Assembly: GCA_900553895.1 (NCBI GenBank) | Contig: USFB01000001.1 | Location: 49,735-113,734 of the forward strand | DNA: 64,000 bases | Source of the DNA: an uncultured bacterium | GTDB taxonomy: Bacteria > Cyanobacteriota > Vampirovibrionia > Gastranaerophilales > Gastranaerophilaceae | Direction of reading: 5' to 3' | Shown: piece by piece, positions 28,623 through 37,924 of the stretch | Numbering within the stretch: the first letter of the stretch is position 1 | Layout: the number at the start of each line of letters is the position of its first letter | Position numbers and translations under genes: made by a program | Notes under the pieces: model-generated | Seen by the model: only the letters and a program-made list of their open reading frames with translations | What the model was told of the DNA's origin: nothing | Database searches by the model: none

Positions 28623-31600
28623 TTAACCAGCTGTCAAAGAGAAAATATCGTAAATTTCTTGGTCTGAAAGCTCTGTAATAATCTTTTCGCCTTCGTAAAC
28701 CGCCAAATCCGCAAGTTCCTTTTTAGACTTCAACATCTCATCAATTTTTTCTTCAAAAGTTCCGAGTGTAATAAGTCTATGCACCATAACGTTCTTTTCT
28801 TGACCGATACGATACGTTCTATCTGTCGCTTGATCTTCTACCGCAGGGTTCCACCACAAGTCATAGTGGATAACGTTTGTTGCGCTTGTTAAGTTCAAAC
28901 CTGTACCACCTGCTTTAAGTGAAAGTATCATAATTTTTCTATCGTCATTCGTTTGGAAATCTTCAATCAACTTTTCACGCTGAGGAACTGTTAATGAACC
29001 GTGGAAAAATGAAGGTTCTGAACCACATTCTTCAAGTAGCATTTTAGTTAATAAATCGCCCATTTCTTTATATTGAGTGAAAATAAGAGTTTTTTCATTA
29101 TTATCCAAAATACTTTGCACCAAAGAAACGCATTTTTCTGCCTTACCTGAAAGTTCTTTAGACGTTTCACCGCTTTTTAAGAATTGATAAGGGTGGTTAC
29201 AAATTTGTTTAAGCGCAGTTATAAGCTTGAAAATATTACCGCGTCTGTTGACACCTGTAAATCCGCTGATTTTTTCCATCATTTCGTTAAGCGTTTTTTC
29301 GTATAAAATAGCTTGAGATTTAGCTAAATAGCAATAATCATTCATTACCATCTTGTCAGGCAAATCCGAAATTACGTGTTTATCCGTTTTCAAACGTCTT
29401 AAAACAAATGGAGAAACTGAAAGTTTAAGTTTAGATGCTCTTGTTTTTTCTTTAAACCTTTCAATAGGCACTGCATAACTCTTTTGGAATTCCTTCAAAG
29501 AGCCTAAATAACCTTTGTTAATAAAGTCAAAAATACTCCAAAGCTCTGTAAGACGGTTTTCTACCGGAGTACCTGTCATTGCAATCTTGATATCTGATTT
29601 TAGTGATTTAATCGCCAAAGTTTGCGCTGTGTCAGGGTTCTTGATGTTTTGAGCTTCGTCTACAACAATCATGCCCCAAGAATTTTTCTTCATTTCTTCA
29701 ACATCTATTCTCATGATTGCGTAAGTTGTAAGAATAACGTCGCATTTTAAATCAAGCTTTCTATCCATTCCATGATAAGTCGCAGTTTTTAGAGAAGGTG
29801 CAAACAGTTGCAATTCTTTCATCCAGTTTCCCATCAAAGTCGTTGGACAAATTACCAGCACGGGATTTTTGATTTTCTTTTCTTCTTTCAGTTTAAGAAT
29901 TAAACTGATAACCTGAATAGTTTTACCTAACCCCATATCGTCAGCCATACAGCAACCAAAACCTTTTGAAACGTTTGTCCAAAGCCATTTAAGACCGGTC
30001 ATTTGGTATGCTCTCAAATCGCCCTTCAAACCTTCAGGCTGAGTAACTTCAACAGGCTTTGCAAAATCCTTGATAACATTTGCATAAGCTTCATCATAAT
30101 TGAAGTCATAATTTTGAAGTTGACCTGACATAGAAGCATGAATAAGCTCAAGTCTTGTCATTTTCTTGTGGTTTGCGTTTTGAATTTGTTCAACAAGCTT
30201 TAAACCTTCAGCTTTATCAACCAAAATGTATTTGCCGTTGTATTGAATTAGACCGTTGCTTTCGTTTACAAGTTTGTTAAATTCTTCCAATGAAATCTTT
30301 TCATCACCTAATGAAATTTCATAAGTGAAATCAAGAATATCGTCTAATGAAATTGCGCTACTTGAAACAGTGTTAAAGATATTCATTAAATCATCAGAGC
30401 GCGAAGCTTTAACTTTCGCGTTAATTGAAGCACGAGGAATAATAATATTAGTCAATTCTTCCGGCAAGATTACGTCAATTTGTGCTTTTTGTAAGTAATA
30501 TGCCGTTTGAGCAATAATTTTATAAACTTCATTTAAGTTCAAAGTCAGAGCAAGCTTGTCTTCATCTTCAAAAAGAGTTTCAAGTTCCGGCATGTATCTA
30601 ACTGCATAATTAAGTTGTTTTTCAATGATTTTAGATATATCAGCCGTATCTAAGCCCCAAATCTCATCCTCGTGATAAAGTTCATCAAGAAGAATTGTTT
30701 CATCAGTTTTTCTGTTTTTGATATGAATCTTTAACTCAAATTTATCATCACTAACTTTATTAACCTTGAAGAATGGGATTAAGTCATATTTACCTAAATA
30801 CAATTCATCGAACCATTGCGCAAAGTTTTCGGCAAGGTCTTTACCCTTCATTAAGCATCTTTGTTCTAAATCCTTAATCATGTAATGACCAGATTTAATG
30901 TCTTTGAAACGGTAAGCCTTAATTCCTAAGAATTTGTAAACAAGGTAGTTTAAATATTCTCTGACAAATTTTTCTACAAAATCTTTTGGTTTATCACCTT
31001 TAATAAATAAGTTTTCAGGTAGATTGTTTTCTAGCTCGTTAATAATTTTTGCAGATTCTTTATTAGAAATAATCGGCTCATAAACAATTCTGAAAGAACC
31101 GCCTGATGCGCCTTCTTTTCTATGTACTGTCGGTATAAAGTACAATTTTTCAATAAGCTTCATAACAAAGTGTGTAAGCTTGTTGAAATATGCAAAAGTT
31201 TGAGTTAGTGAAGAGAAATCAACAACTTCACCAAATCCGCCAAAATAGTCTAAAACTAAATCTAACGGCATAATATAACCGATTTGACCGTTGACTTCTT
31301 TAGACGTAAATCTAAACATTGAACCTTTAGATTTCAGGTAAAATTGAAAATTGTTTGTAGGTGTTACAAAGAACGACAATTTAGGATTCGTCGCCGTTCC
31401 ATCGTTTATAAGTAAGAAATCAGTATTTCTTACAGGTGAATTCGGAGATAGAAAAATCCCCTCAAACTCATCCTCTACAAGCTGATAAATCAAACTTAAT
31501 GTGTAACGGAAATCTTTGTTCTTGAAACCGTTTGGGTTTTCACTCAAATTGTAAAAGAACTCATCTACATTGTTTTTCTTTAGTGATAAATCTATATTTA

Positions 31601-31628
31601 GTGGTTTTACGTTTTTTTCTTCAGTCAT
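28623..31628 (-). CDS. SNF2-family helicase with bacterial SNF2-associated N-terminal domain
   Basis: 1001 aa. SNF2_N (LRAYQMTGLKWL, DEAQNIKN) plus Helicase_C (QATDRTYRIGQ). The ~540 aa N-terminal extension is typical of bacterial HepA/RapA-like SNF2 proteins. Confidence 0.85.
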   Translation of the reverse strand: MTEEKNVKPLNIDLSLKKNNVDEFFYNLSENPNGFKNKDFRYTLSLIYQLVEDEFEGIFLSPNSPVRNTDFLLINDGTATNPKLSFFVTPTNNFQFYLKSKGSMFRFTSKEVNGQIGYIMPLDLVLDYFGGFGEVVDFSSLTQTFAYFNKLTHFVMKLIEKLYFIPTVHRKEGASGGSFRIVYEPIISNKESAKIINELENNLPENLFIKGDKPKDFVEKFVREYLNYLVYKFLGIKAYRFKDIKSGHYMIKDLEQRCLMKGKDLAENFAQWFDELYLGKYDLIPFFKVNKVSDDKFELKIHIKNRKTDETILLDELYHEDEIWGLDTADISKIIEKQLNYAVRYMPELETLFEDEDKLALTLNLNEVYKIIAQTAYYLQKAQIDVILPEELTNIIIPRASINAKVKASRSDDLMNIFNTVSSSAISLDDILDFTYEISLGDEKISLEEFNKLVNESNGLIQYNGKYILVDKAEGLKLVEQIQNANHKKMTRLELIHASMSGQLQNYDFNYDEAYANVIKDFAKPVEVTQPEGLKGDLRAYQMTGLKWLWTNVSKGFGCCMADDMGLGKTIQVISLILKLKEEKKIKNPVLVICPTTLMGNWMKELQLFAPSLKTATYHGMDRKLDLKCDVILTTYAIMRIDVEEMKKNSWGMIVVDEAQNIKNPDTAQTLAIKSLKSDIKIAMTGTPVENRLTELWSIFDFINKGYLGSLKEFQKSYAVPIERFKEKTRASKLKLSVSPFVLRRLKTDKHVISDLPDKMVMNDYCYLAKSQAILYEKTLNEMMEKISGFTGVNRRGNIFKLITALKQICNHPYQFLKSGETSKELSGKAEKCVSLVQSILDNNEKTLIFTQYKEMGDLLTKMLLEECGSEPSFFHGSLTVPQREKLIEDFQTNDDRKIMILSLKAGGTGLNLTSATNVIHYDLWWNPAVEDQATDRTYRIGQEKNVMVHRLITLGTFEEKIDEMLKSKKELADLAVYEGEKIITELSDQEIYDIFSLTAG

Positions 31629-31660
31629 TGTCTATATTTCTCTTTTTATTTTTTTAATAC

Positions 31661-31695
31661 GGTGGGAACCGCTCCGCTATTCCCACCCTACGCCT
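31661..31695. repeat. GC-rich repeat element copy C (ggtgggaa-ccgctccgcta-ttcccacc)
   Basis: 8-bp inverted repeat containing CCCACC, immediately followed by CCCTACGCC. Compare copy A, CCCCACCCTAACC. Confidence 0.4.
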
Positions 31696-31711
31696 TACTT
31701 TTTATTGTTCT

Positions 31712-31960
31712 TTATTGTTTACAGAATATTCCTACATAAGCAAAAAATATTATCAATCCGATTATAGCAATAGGTAATAATACAATTGTTACTATTATAA
31801 ACCAAGAGCAGGTTTTGTACATAAATTCTAAAAATTTGTGGTCATTAAATTTTGTAGCTATATGTTTTGCAATTATTAAAATCAAGCCAATTATGGCAAA
31901 CCATGTTGATATTCGAAGTTCTTGTAATGAATGTAAATATAAGTATTCAAAATTGTTCAC
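31712..31960 (-). CDS. Small membrane protein (82 aa, 2 TM)
   Basis: Hydrophobic ORF. No family call. Confidence 0.35.
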   Translation of the reverse strand: MNNFEYLYLHSLQELRISTWFAIIGLILIIAKHIATKFNDHKFLEFMYKTCSWFIIVTIVLLPIAIIGLIIFFAYVGIFCKQ

Positions 31961-32058
31961 GTTTTTCTCACCATGCAGGTAATAAAAAGTTTAGTTGTTT
32001 AGGAGTTAAGAAAAATTTAAAACGTCTTCTCAACTCCTAAACTTCTAAACTACTCAAC

Positions 32059-33597
32059 TTATTTTATCAAACTATCGCAATCCATTTCAGCAGGTTTTTC
32101 AATACCCATCAACTGCAATACAGTTGGTGCTACATTGCATAAAGCTCCATCATTTTTAAGTTCAAGATCTTTAGGACCGTTGATAACAACGAAAGGAACT
32201 TCGTTTGTAGTGTGCGCAGTGTGTGGCTTGCCTGTTTTGTCGTTAAACATTACTTCAGCATTACCGTGGTCAGCTGTAAGCAACATAACAACGCCGTTTT
32301 CTTTACATTTTTGAGCAATTTTACCAACGCATTCGTCAACAACTTTACAAGCCTTTTCAGCAGCTTCAAGTACACCTGTGTGACCAACCATATCTGGGTT
32401 AGCGAAGTTTACTAGTACGAAACCGTATTCAGGATTTGCTACAGCTTCCAATACGTTTTCACAAACTTCTGGTGCGCTCATTTCAGGCTGCATGTCATAA
32501 GTTGCAACCTTAGGAGAAGCTACAAGTTTTCTTGTTTCGTGAGGTTGAGGCTCATCAATACCACCGTTGAAGAAGAATGTAACGTGTGCATATTTTTCAG
32601 TTTCTGCTGTTCTGAATTGGTGAACGCCGTTTGTTTCCAAAACATCACCCAAAATGTTTACAAGTTTAGTTTTAGGGAATGCAACCGGGAAAGTGAATGT
32701 TGCTTCGTAACTTGTCATTGTACAATAGTAAATATTGTTTAAAACTTTCTTTCTATCAAAACCGTCAAAATCTTTGAAGTTAACAGCCTTAGTAATTTCT
32801 CTTGCTCTATCAGGACGATAGTTGAAGAAAATAATAGCATCATTATCTTGAATTCTGCTTTCATTTACTTCTGCTTCAGTACCGATAGCTGTTGGAAGAA
32901 CAAATTCATCCGTTACGCCTTCTTCGTAAGATTTTTGAACAGCTTCGCAAGCAGTCGCTGCGTGGTTACCTTCGCCTAATAACAAGCAGTTATAACCTTT
33001 TTCTACTCTATCCCAACGGTTATCTCTATCCATAATGTAGTATCTGCCGATAACTGTTGCAACTTTTGGTAAGTTGTATTTCTTTAATTCATCTTCAACA
33101 GTTTGCAAGTATGTGCAAGCGCTTGAAGGTGGGGTATCACGACCATCTAAGAATGCGTGTACATAAACTTTTGTAAGACCTTCATCTGCTGCAAGTTTAA
33201 TTAAGGCTAAAACGTGGTCTAATGATGAGTGAACTCCACCTGTTGAAACTAAACCGTAAATATGAAGTGAAGAATTGTTCTTTTTAGCATGGTTGATTGC
33301 TTCTAAGAATTTTTCGTTTTTGAAGAATGAACCATCTTTAATGGCTCTGTTGATTTTTGACAAATCTTGGTAAACAACTCTACCTGCACCTAAGTTTAAG
33401 TGACCAACTTCACTGTTACCCATTTGACCTTCAGGAAGTCCAACGTATTCGCCATCAGCGTGGATTTTAATTGAAGGGTAGTCTTTTATAAGTTCAGGAA
33501 CATTTACAGGATGTGAAAGCTTTGTAGCATCATATTTTTCTGCACCTGTTGAAATTCCCCAACCGTCCATAATACATAATAAAACTCTATTTTTCAT
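32059..33597 (-). CDS. gpmI: 2,3-bisphosphoglycerate-independent phosphoglycerate mutase
   Basis: 512 aa with the iPGM N-terminus (MDGWG) and metal-binding motifs. Confidence 0.9.
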   Translation of the reverse strand: MKNRVLLCIMDGWGISTGAEKYDATKLSHPVNVPELIKDYPSIKIHADGEYVGLPEGQMGNSEVGHLNLGAGRVVYQDLSKINRAIKDGSFFKNEKFLEAINHAKKNNSSLHIYGLVSTGGVHSSLDHVLALIKLAADEGLTKVYVHAFLDGRDTPPSSACTYLQTVEDELKKYNLPKVATVIGRYYIMDRDNRWDRVEKGYNCLLLGEGNHAATACEAVQKSYEEGVTDEFVLPTAIGTEAEVNESRIQDNDAIIFFNYRPDRAREITKAVNFKDFDGFDRKKVLNNIYYCTMTSYEATFTFPVAFPKTKLVNILGDVLETNGVHQFRTAETEKYAHVTFFFNGGIDEPQPHETRKLVASPKVATYDMQPEMSAPEVCENVLEAVANPEYGFVLVNFANPDMVGHTGVLEAAEKACKVVDECVGKIAQKCKENGVVMLLTADHGNAEVMFNDKTGKPHTAHTTNEVPFVVINGPKDLELKNDGALCNVAPTVLQLMGIEKPAEMDCDSLIK

Positions 33598-33834
33598 ATC
33601 AAAATTTCTCCTCTATAAAGTCTTTTTAACCTAATAAGTTTATGACAAAAGCAGGGGAATGTAAAGAGGGAAATGTATTCACTAAGCGAACTAATAGAAT
33701 GTGATTAGAAAAATTTTAGCTATATAAATAAGACCTACAACTTTTTAATAATATTTGCCGATATTTTTTATAATTGATGGTTGAATAGCTAAGCTTTAAA
33801 TCACAATTTATAGTGGTAACAAGGTGGTACTACT

Positions 33835-34737
33835 ATGAAAAAATTTCTTGCTACATTCCTAATATTTGCGTATATATTCGGTTTTACTGGATTTCGTGTT
33901 GAAGCTACAGCTCAGAAACCTGATAGTTTGATTACAAAAATTGAAAATGATATTTACGGTTTTGACTATTCAAATGACACAGCGCAAAATCGAATTTCAC
34001 GTCTTGAAAAAACTGTTTATGGAAAATCTTCAAACGGTGACATTAATAAAAGAATAAAAAAGCTTTCCGGTGATATTTCAGCAGACGTAATAGGTTTGGA
34101 AATCGAGCCGACAGAAGACAGTTTTAAAGAAGATGAAGCAATTGCGGATAGTTCGGTAAATTATCCTATTGTTGATGAAATAGAACAAAAAATATTTAAT
34201 CAAACATATAAGAATCGTGATTTTCATTCACGTATAGTCGCAATTGAGCGTAAAATATTCGGCAAAATATATGATGTAGATGATTATTCTACAAGAATGG
34301 ATAGAATAAAAGCCAAAATAATGCCGGAAACAATTGCTAAAAATTCCTATAATGGTGATTTTAGAAGCCAAAGTTATTATGATAATGATACTTTAACATC
34401 AAATGATTTGTCAGGCTTGAGTGGCAATCGTTTTAAAATGCCATTTGGACAAAAGAATTACACAAGACCTTACGCAAACTACGGCGATATGACCGGCGGT
34501 TCTGCAATGCTTCCATCTAATCCTAATTTAAATGATGAATTGGCACAGCTTGAATACGAAACATTTGGAACAGAATTTTCAAATGAAGATACAGCTTCAC
34601 GTATTAAAAGACTAAACAGTGTAAGTAAAGCTAAAAAATCCGCTTCAAAATATGATTCAAACAAATTCTCACAGCGCATGTCAACAGCCATGGAGATTGG
34701 AGCAATGATATTAATGATACTTGCAATGGTGTTATAA
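33835..34737 (+). CDS. Secreted/membrane-anchored hypothetical protein with internal RI..LEK..GK repeats
   Basis: Signal peptide, four or more degenerate ~35-aa repeats, and a hydrophobic C-terminus. Confidence 0.5.
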   Translation: MKKFLATFLIFAYIFGFTGFRVEATAQKPDSLITKIENDIYGFDYSNDTAQNRISRLEKTVYGKSSNGDINKRIKKLSGDISADVIGLEIEPTEDSFKEDEAIADSSVNYPIVDEIEQKIFNQTYKNRDFHSRIVAIERKIFGKIYDVDDYSTRMDRIKAKIMPETIAKNSYNGDFRSQSYYDNDTLTSNDLSGLSGNRFKMPFGQKNYTRPYANYGDMTGGSAMLPSNPNLNDELAQLEYETFGTEFSNEDTASRIKRLNSVSKAKKSASKYDSNKFSQRMSTAMEIGAMILMILAMVL

Positions 34738-34748
34738 AACTACAACAC

Positions 34749-34982
34749 TTATCCTTTGAAATAATCACAAATTAGTTTTTCTTTCTTAGAAAAAACATTT
34801 TTAAATTTTTCTGCTATCGGATTTTTTTCCAACTCTTCTAATTCTTTTTTCATAATAGCTTTTTCTAATATCAAAGTATTATAAAGCTGATTGCATATAT
34901 CAGATGATGTTTGGTGTAAATGTAATTTTTTTATTTGCAATTCTTTTAATTGAATTTGTTTTTTTAATTGATTCTTGTTCAC
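34749..34982 (-). CDS. Small coiled-coil hypothetical protein (77 aa)
   Basis: GTG start with RBS aaagagg. Confidence 0.3.
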   Translation of the reverse strand: MNKNQLKKQIQLKELQIKKLHLHQTSSDICNQLYNTLILEKAIMKKELEELEKNPIAEKFKNVFSKKEKLICDYFKG

Positions 34983-35186
34983 AGAAAACCTCTTTGTATA
35001 TAGATTATAACTTATAGATAAAATTTACAATCAATCTTTTAGAGGATTTAAAACTTATAAAATTATTATGACATACCAACGTTCAATATTTTAGCAACAT
35101 TCAATTAGAATTGAATATTTAAAATTTACAAATTCGCTTTACATTCCTTAACAATTAAAAACAAAAAAGGCAATTTTTTGAAACTG

Positions 35187-35210
35187 AAATACTTTATATA
35201 TACATAAGAA
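35187..35210 (+). promoter_or_regulatory. Conserved promoter-like motif copy 2 (aaatactttatatatacataagaa)
   Basis: 20 nt upstream of the ATG at 35231. Confidence 0.4.
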
Positions 35211-35230
35211 GATTTTATAAGGAAGAAATA

Positions 35231-35434
35231 ATGAACGAAAAAGAATTAAACGCTACAATGTCAGTTATCGCAGACCCAATCAAAAATGTTTATAAATTAG
35301 AAACAAGAAAAGACGTTGAAGAAATCCAAAGAATTTGTAGAATTTTCGCTATTTCTGAAAGACAAGCAAACAAACACAAAATGTTGTCAATCAAAAATTT
35401 AGCAACATTTAGACTTGTTTTGAGTAATAATTAA
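35231..35434 (+). CDS. Small hypothetical protein (67 aa)
   Basis: ORF downstream of the conserved motif. RBS aaggaag. Confidence 0.35.
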   Translation: MNEKELNATMSVIADPIKNVYKLETRKDVEEIQRICRIFAISERQANKHKMLSIKNLATFRLVLSNN

Positions 35435-35521
35435 GCTGGAATATGAATAAGTAGTATCGTCATTGGGCTATTTCCCAATGGCGATATTTTTATGTAAAGT
35501 TTTGTAAAGAATTAATGCTAT

Positions 35522-35565
35522 TGTGAAATTTAGTTATTTTTAAATACTTTATATATATGTAAGAT
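35522..35565 (+). promoter_or_regulatory. Conserved promoter-like motif copy 3 (tgtgaaatt...atttttaaatactttatatatatgtaagat)
   Basis: Near-identical to 8252-8295. It ends 19 nt before the ATG at 35585. Confidence 0.45.
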
Positions 35566-35584
35566 TTAAAAAAGGTATAAGAAG

Positions 35585-36022
35585 ATGGCAAACACAGCAG
35601 CTTTATTAGGAAACTTATTAAATAAGAATGCAGACTATAACTATTATGCTATGCAACAAATATATTGGAACAATATGTATGAAGCAAATAGCGCAAAACT
35701 TAGCAAACAAACTAAGTATGAAGAAAAGTGGGAAAGTGCATTTGATGATGCACAAAACGTTGATAAACAATGTAAAATCGGAAACACAACTTGGAAAGAA
35801 AAAGATCAAGTTTTGAGTGATGCACAAGCAGATGCTTATGCACACGCGAAAGTAAAAGAATACAATGAAAGTTTATCACTAGAATTAGCAGATTTAGACT
35901 TAGAATACGATACAATGAGAAATATGTATGATACTTTGATGCAAGAATTGCAATCTCAAAAAGAATCTGCAAAATCAGTTACTTCTACTGCAGCTCAAGA
36001 TACAGGTTTATTACAATCATAA
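35585..36022 (+). CDS. Hypothetical protein (145 aa)
   Basis: ORF with an RBS, downstream of the conserved motif. Confidence 0.5.
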   Translation: MANTAALLGNLLNKNADYNYYAMQQIYWNNMYEANSAKLSKQTKYEEKWESAFDDAQNVDKQCKIGNTTWKEKDQVLSDAQADAYAHAKVKEYNESLSLELADLDLEYDTMRNMYDTLMQELQSQKESAKSVTSTAAQDTGLLQS

Positions 36023-36051
36023 GATTAAGTCGAGGGGTTCACCCTCCTTAA

Positions 36052-36873
36052 TTAATAAACCTTTGAAGCATTGTACATTAAAGAAGCTATGGTCATTGGA
36101 CCAACACCACCGGGAACCGGTGAAATATAACCGCAAGTTGATGATACTAAATCAAAATCCACATCACCGGTCAGTTTGCCGTTAGAATCTCTAAATATTC
36201 CAACGTCAACAACACAAGAATTTTTCTTAACCATCTTACATCTTACAATTTTTTTACCAACCGCAGATATTACAATATCAGCGGTTTTTATTTTGTCTTG
36301 AATATCTTGTGTAAACGAATGACACATTGTAACAGTTGCATTGCGTTTTAGTAGAAGTTGAGCAATAGGCCTTCCAACAATATTAGAACGACCTACTACA
36401 ACGGCCTCTTTGCCTTCTATTGGAATATTATATTCGTCTAAAAGCATCATTATACCTTGCGGTGTTGCAGGATAAAAATAAGGTTCTAAACCGATAACCA
36501 TTTTACCAACATTTTCAGGAGTGAAGCCGTCAACATCCTTCTTTGGAGAAATTGCTAAAATAACTTTATTTTTATCAATATGTTTAGGAAGTGGTAACTG
36601 AACCAAAACACCTGTAACATCACTATCATTGTTCAGTTTTTCAATAGTTTTAAGTAATTCTTCTTCTGAAACATCAGCACTCATTTCAATAACAGTAGAT
36701 TTAATCCCGACTTTTTCCGCAGCTTTCTTTTTATTATTAACATAAATTTTGCTTGCAGGATTTTCGCCAACCAAAATTACAACAAGATGAGGTTGTTTAT
36801 CTAATTTTGCAACCCTCTCTTTAACTTGCTCCAATATTTTTAAAGATAATGCTTTCCCGTCTAAAATTATCAT
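36052..36873 (-). CDS. folD: Bifunctional methylenetetrahydrofolate dehydrogenase/cyclohydrolase
   Basis: MIILDGKALS... with a typical FolD N-terminus and the motif VGRSNIVGRP. Confidence 0.9.
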   Translation of the reverse strand: MIILDGKALSLKILEQVKERVAKLDKQPHLVVILVGENPASKIYVNNKKKAAEKVGIKSTVIEMSADVSEEELLKTIEKLNNDSDVTGVLVQLPLPKHIDKNKVILAISPKKDVDGFTPENVGKMVIGLEPYFYPATPQGIMMLLDEYNIPIEGKEAVVVGRSNIVGRPIAQLLLKRNATVTMCHSFTQDIQDKIKTADIVISAVGKKIVRCKMVKKNSCVVDVGIFRDSNGKLTGDVDFDLVSSTCGYISPVPGGVGPMTIASLMYNASKVY

Positions 36874-37622
36874 CTGTTCTCCTGAGGTAAATTTAATCTA
36901 AAATAAAACTGATTTAAAGCTTCTGATACAATTTCTGATTTTCTATCAACAACACCTGTTGCCAAGTGCTCATCAAACGGAATACTGCCTAAAACTTCTA
37001 CATCAGCGGTTTTTAGTTGTTCAGAAATAGCGTTCAAATCTTCGTTTTTAACTTTATTTATAACAACACCCATTTGACCGCCAACAGCGTATTTAGCAGA
37101 AAATTCACTTATGCGTTTAGCAAGATTGATTGAATCAACAGTCGGGTTTGCAACAACAAGAGTCAAATCTATATCAGTATCTACAAGTTGGTTTAAGTAT
37201 TTCAAATCAAATTCGCAATCAAAAAGCACAAAATCGTAACGTTCTATTAGCCTTTGGCAAGCGTCATTGATTTGACCTGTTATAGGGCATCTGCAATCTT
37301 TTGCCCCTACAAACCAAGAAGTAATAATATCAACGTTCTCGTTTAAAGGTTCAATAATGTCTTCCATTGCCCATTCAACGTATTCATGCTTTGACATGCC
37401 TTCGGGAATACCTGTTTTGTATTCGTGTTTACCGCTTCTGATACCATAAATCGTATTTCTGATATCAAGTCCAAATGAGTGACCAAGTTCTGAAGTTAAA
37501 TCATTATCAAATAATAAGATTGATTTTTCGGGGAAGTTTTTTTGTAAAACATTTAAAAACGCTTTTGTTAAAGTTGTTTTTCCACTTCCGCTTTTTCCTG
37601 TTATTGCTATTTTTATCGTCAA
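36870..37622 (-). CDS. P-loop NTPase of the MinD/ParA/CooC superfamily
   Basis: Walker A ITGKSGSGKTT. Likely TTG start with RBS aaagagg. The track ORF extends further, to 37691, into a GC-rich element. 4-nt overlap with folD. Confidence 0.55.
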   Translation of the reverse strand: MTIKIAITGKSGSGKTTLTKAFLNVLQKNFPEKSILLFDNDLTSELGHSFGLDIRNTIYGIRSGKHEYKTGIPEGMSKHEYVEWAMEDIIEPLNENVDIITSWFVGAKDCRCPITGQINDACQRLIERYDFVLFDCEFDLKYLNQLVDTDIDLTLVVANPTVDSINLAKRISEFSAKYAVGGQMGVVINKVKNEDLNAISEQLKTADVEVLGSIPFDEHLATGVVDRKSEIVSEALNQFYFRLNLPQENR

Positions 37623-37674
37623 AATAATACCTCTTTTGTTTATTTTAACATGAAAATGGAAAGGTTTTAAATTT

Positions 37675-37850
37675 GCTCCGCACAACCTCACTTGTCAGCA
37701 CTACCGTCCGAGATAATTTTGAAAAGCATATACCTCTTTTAATAAGTTGAATTGCTTCGTCACTATAAAATGTTCCTCGCAATGACCGGGCGTTTGACTT
37801 CCAAGCGTGCCGTCATTGCGAAGGCGATTAGCCTGAAGCAATCCAGCCTT
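37675..37850. repeat. GC-rich structured element E with a 12-bp hairpin (cctcgcaatgac...gtcattgcgaagg)
   Basis: GC-rich island between the ATPase start and the tolC-like stop. Long near-perfect inverted repeat at 37776-37825. Confidence 0.35.
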
Positions 37851-37924
37851 TTAATAACTATTTTTATTGTATTAAATAATTATTATGGATAATAATGCTA
37901 TCCATGGAGGTTGTTTGCTTTATC

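Noticed and set aside
28623-31628. SNF2 helicase as part of a DISARM or BREX defence island.
   Set aside because: No adjacent methyltransferase, PLD nuclease, DUF1998 helicase, PglZ or BrxC genes. The architecture matches ordinary bacterial RapA/HepA-like SNF2 proteins.
31570-31767. 65-aa plus-strand ORF spanning the SNF2 start and the GC-rich hairpin.
   Set aside because: It overlaps two minus-strand genes and a repeat element. The F/I/L-rich translation is typical of spurious AT-rich ORFs.
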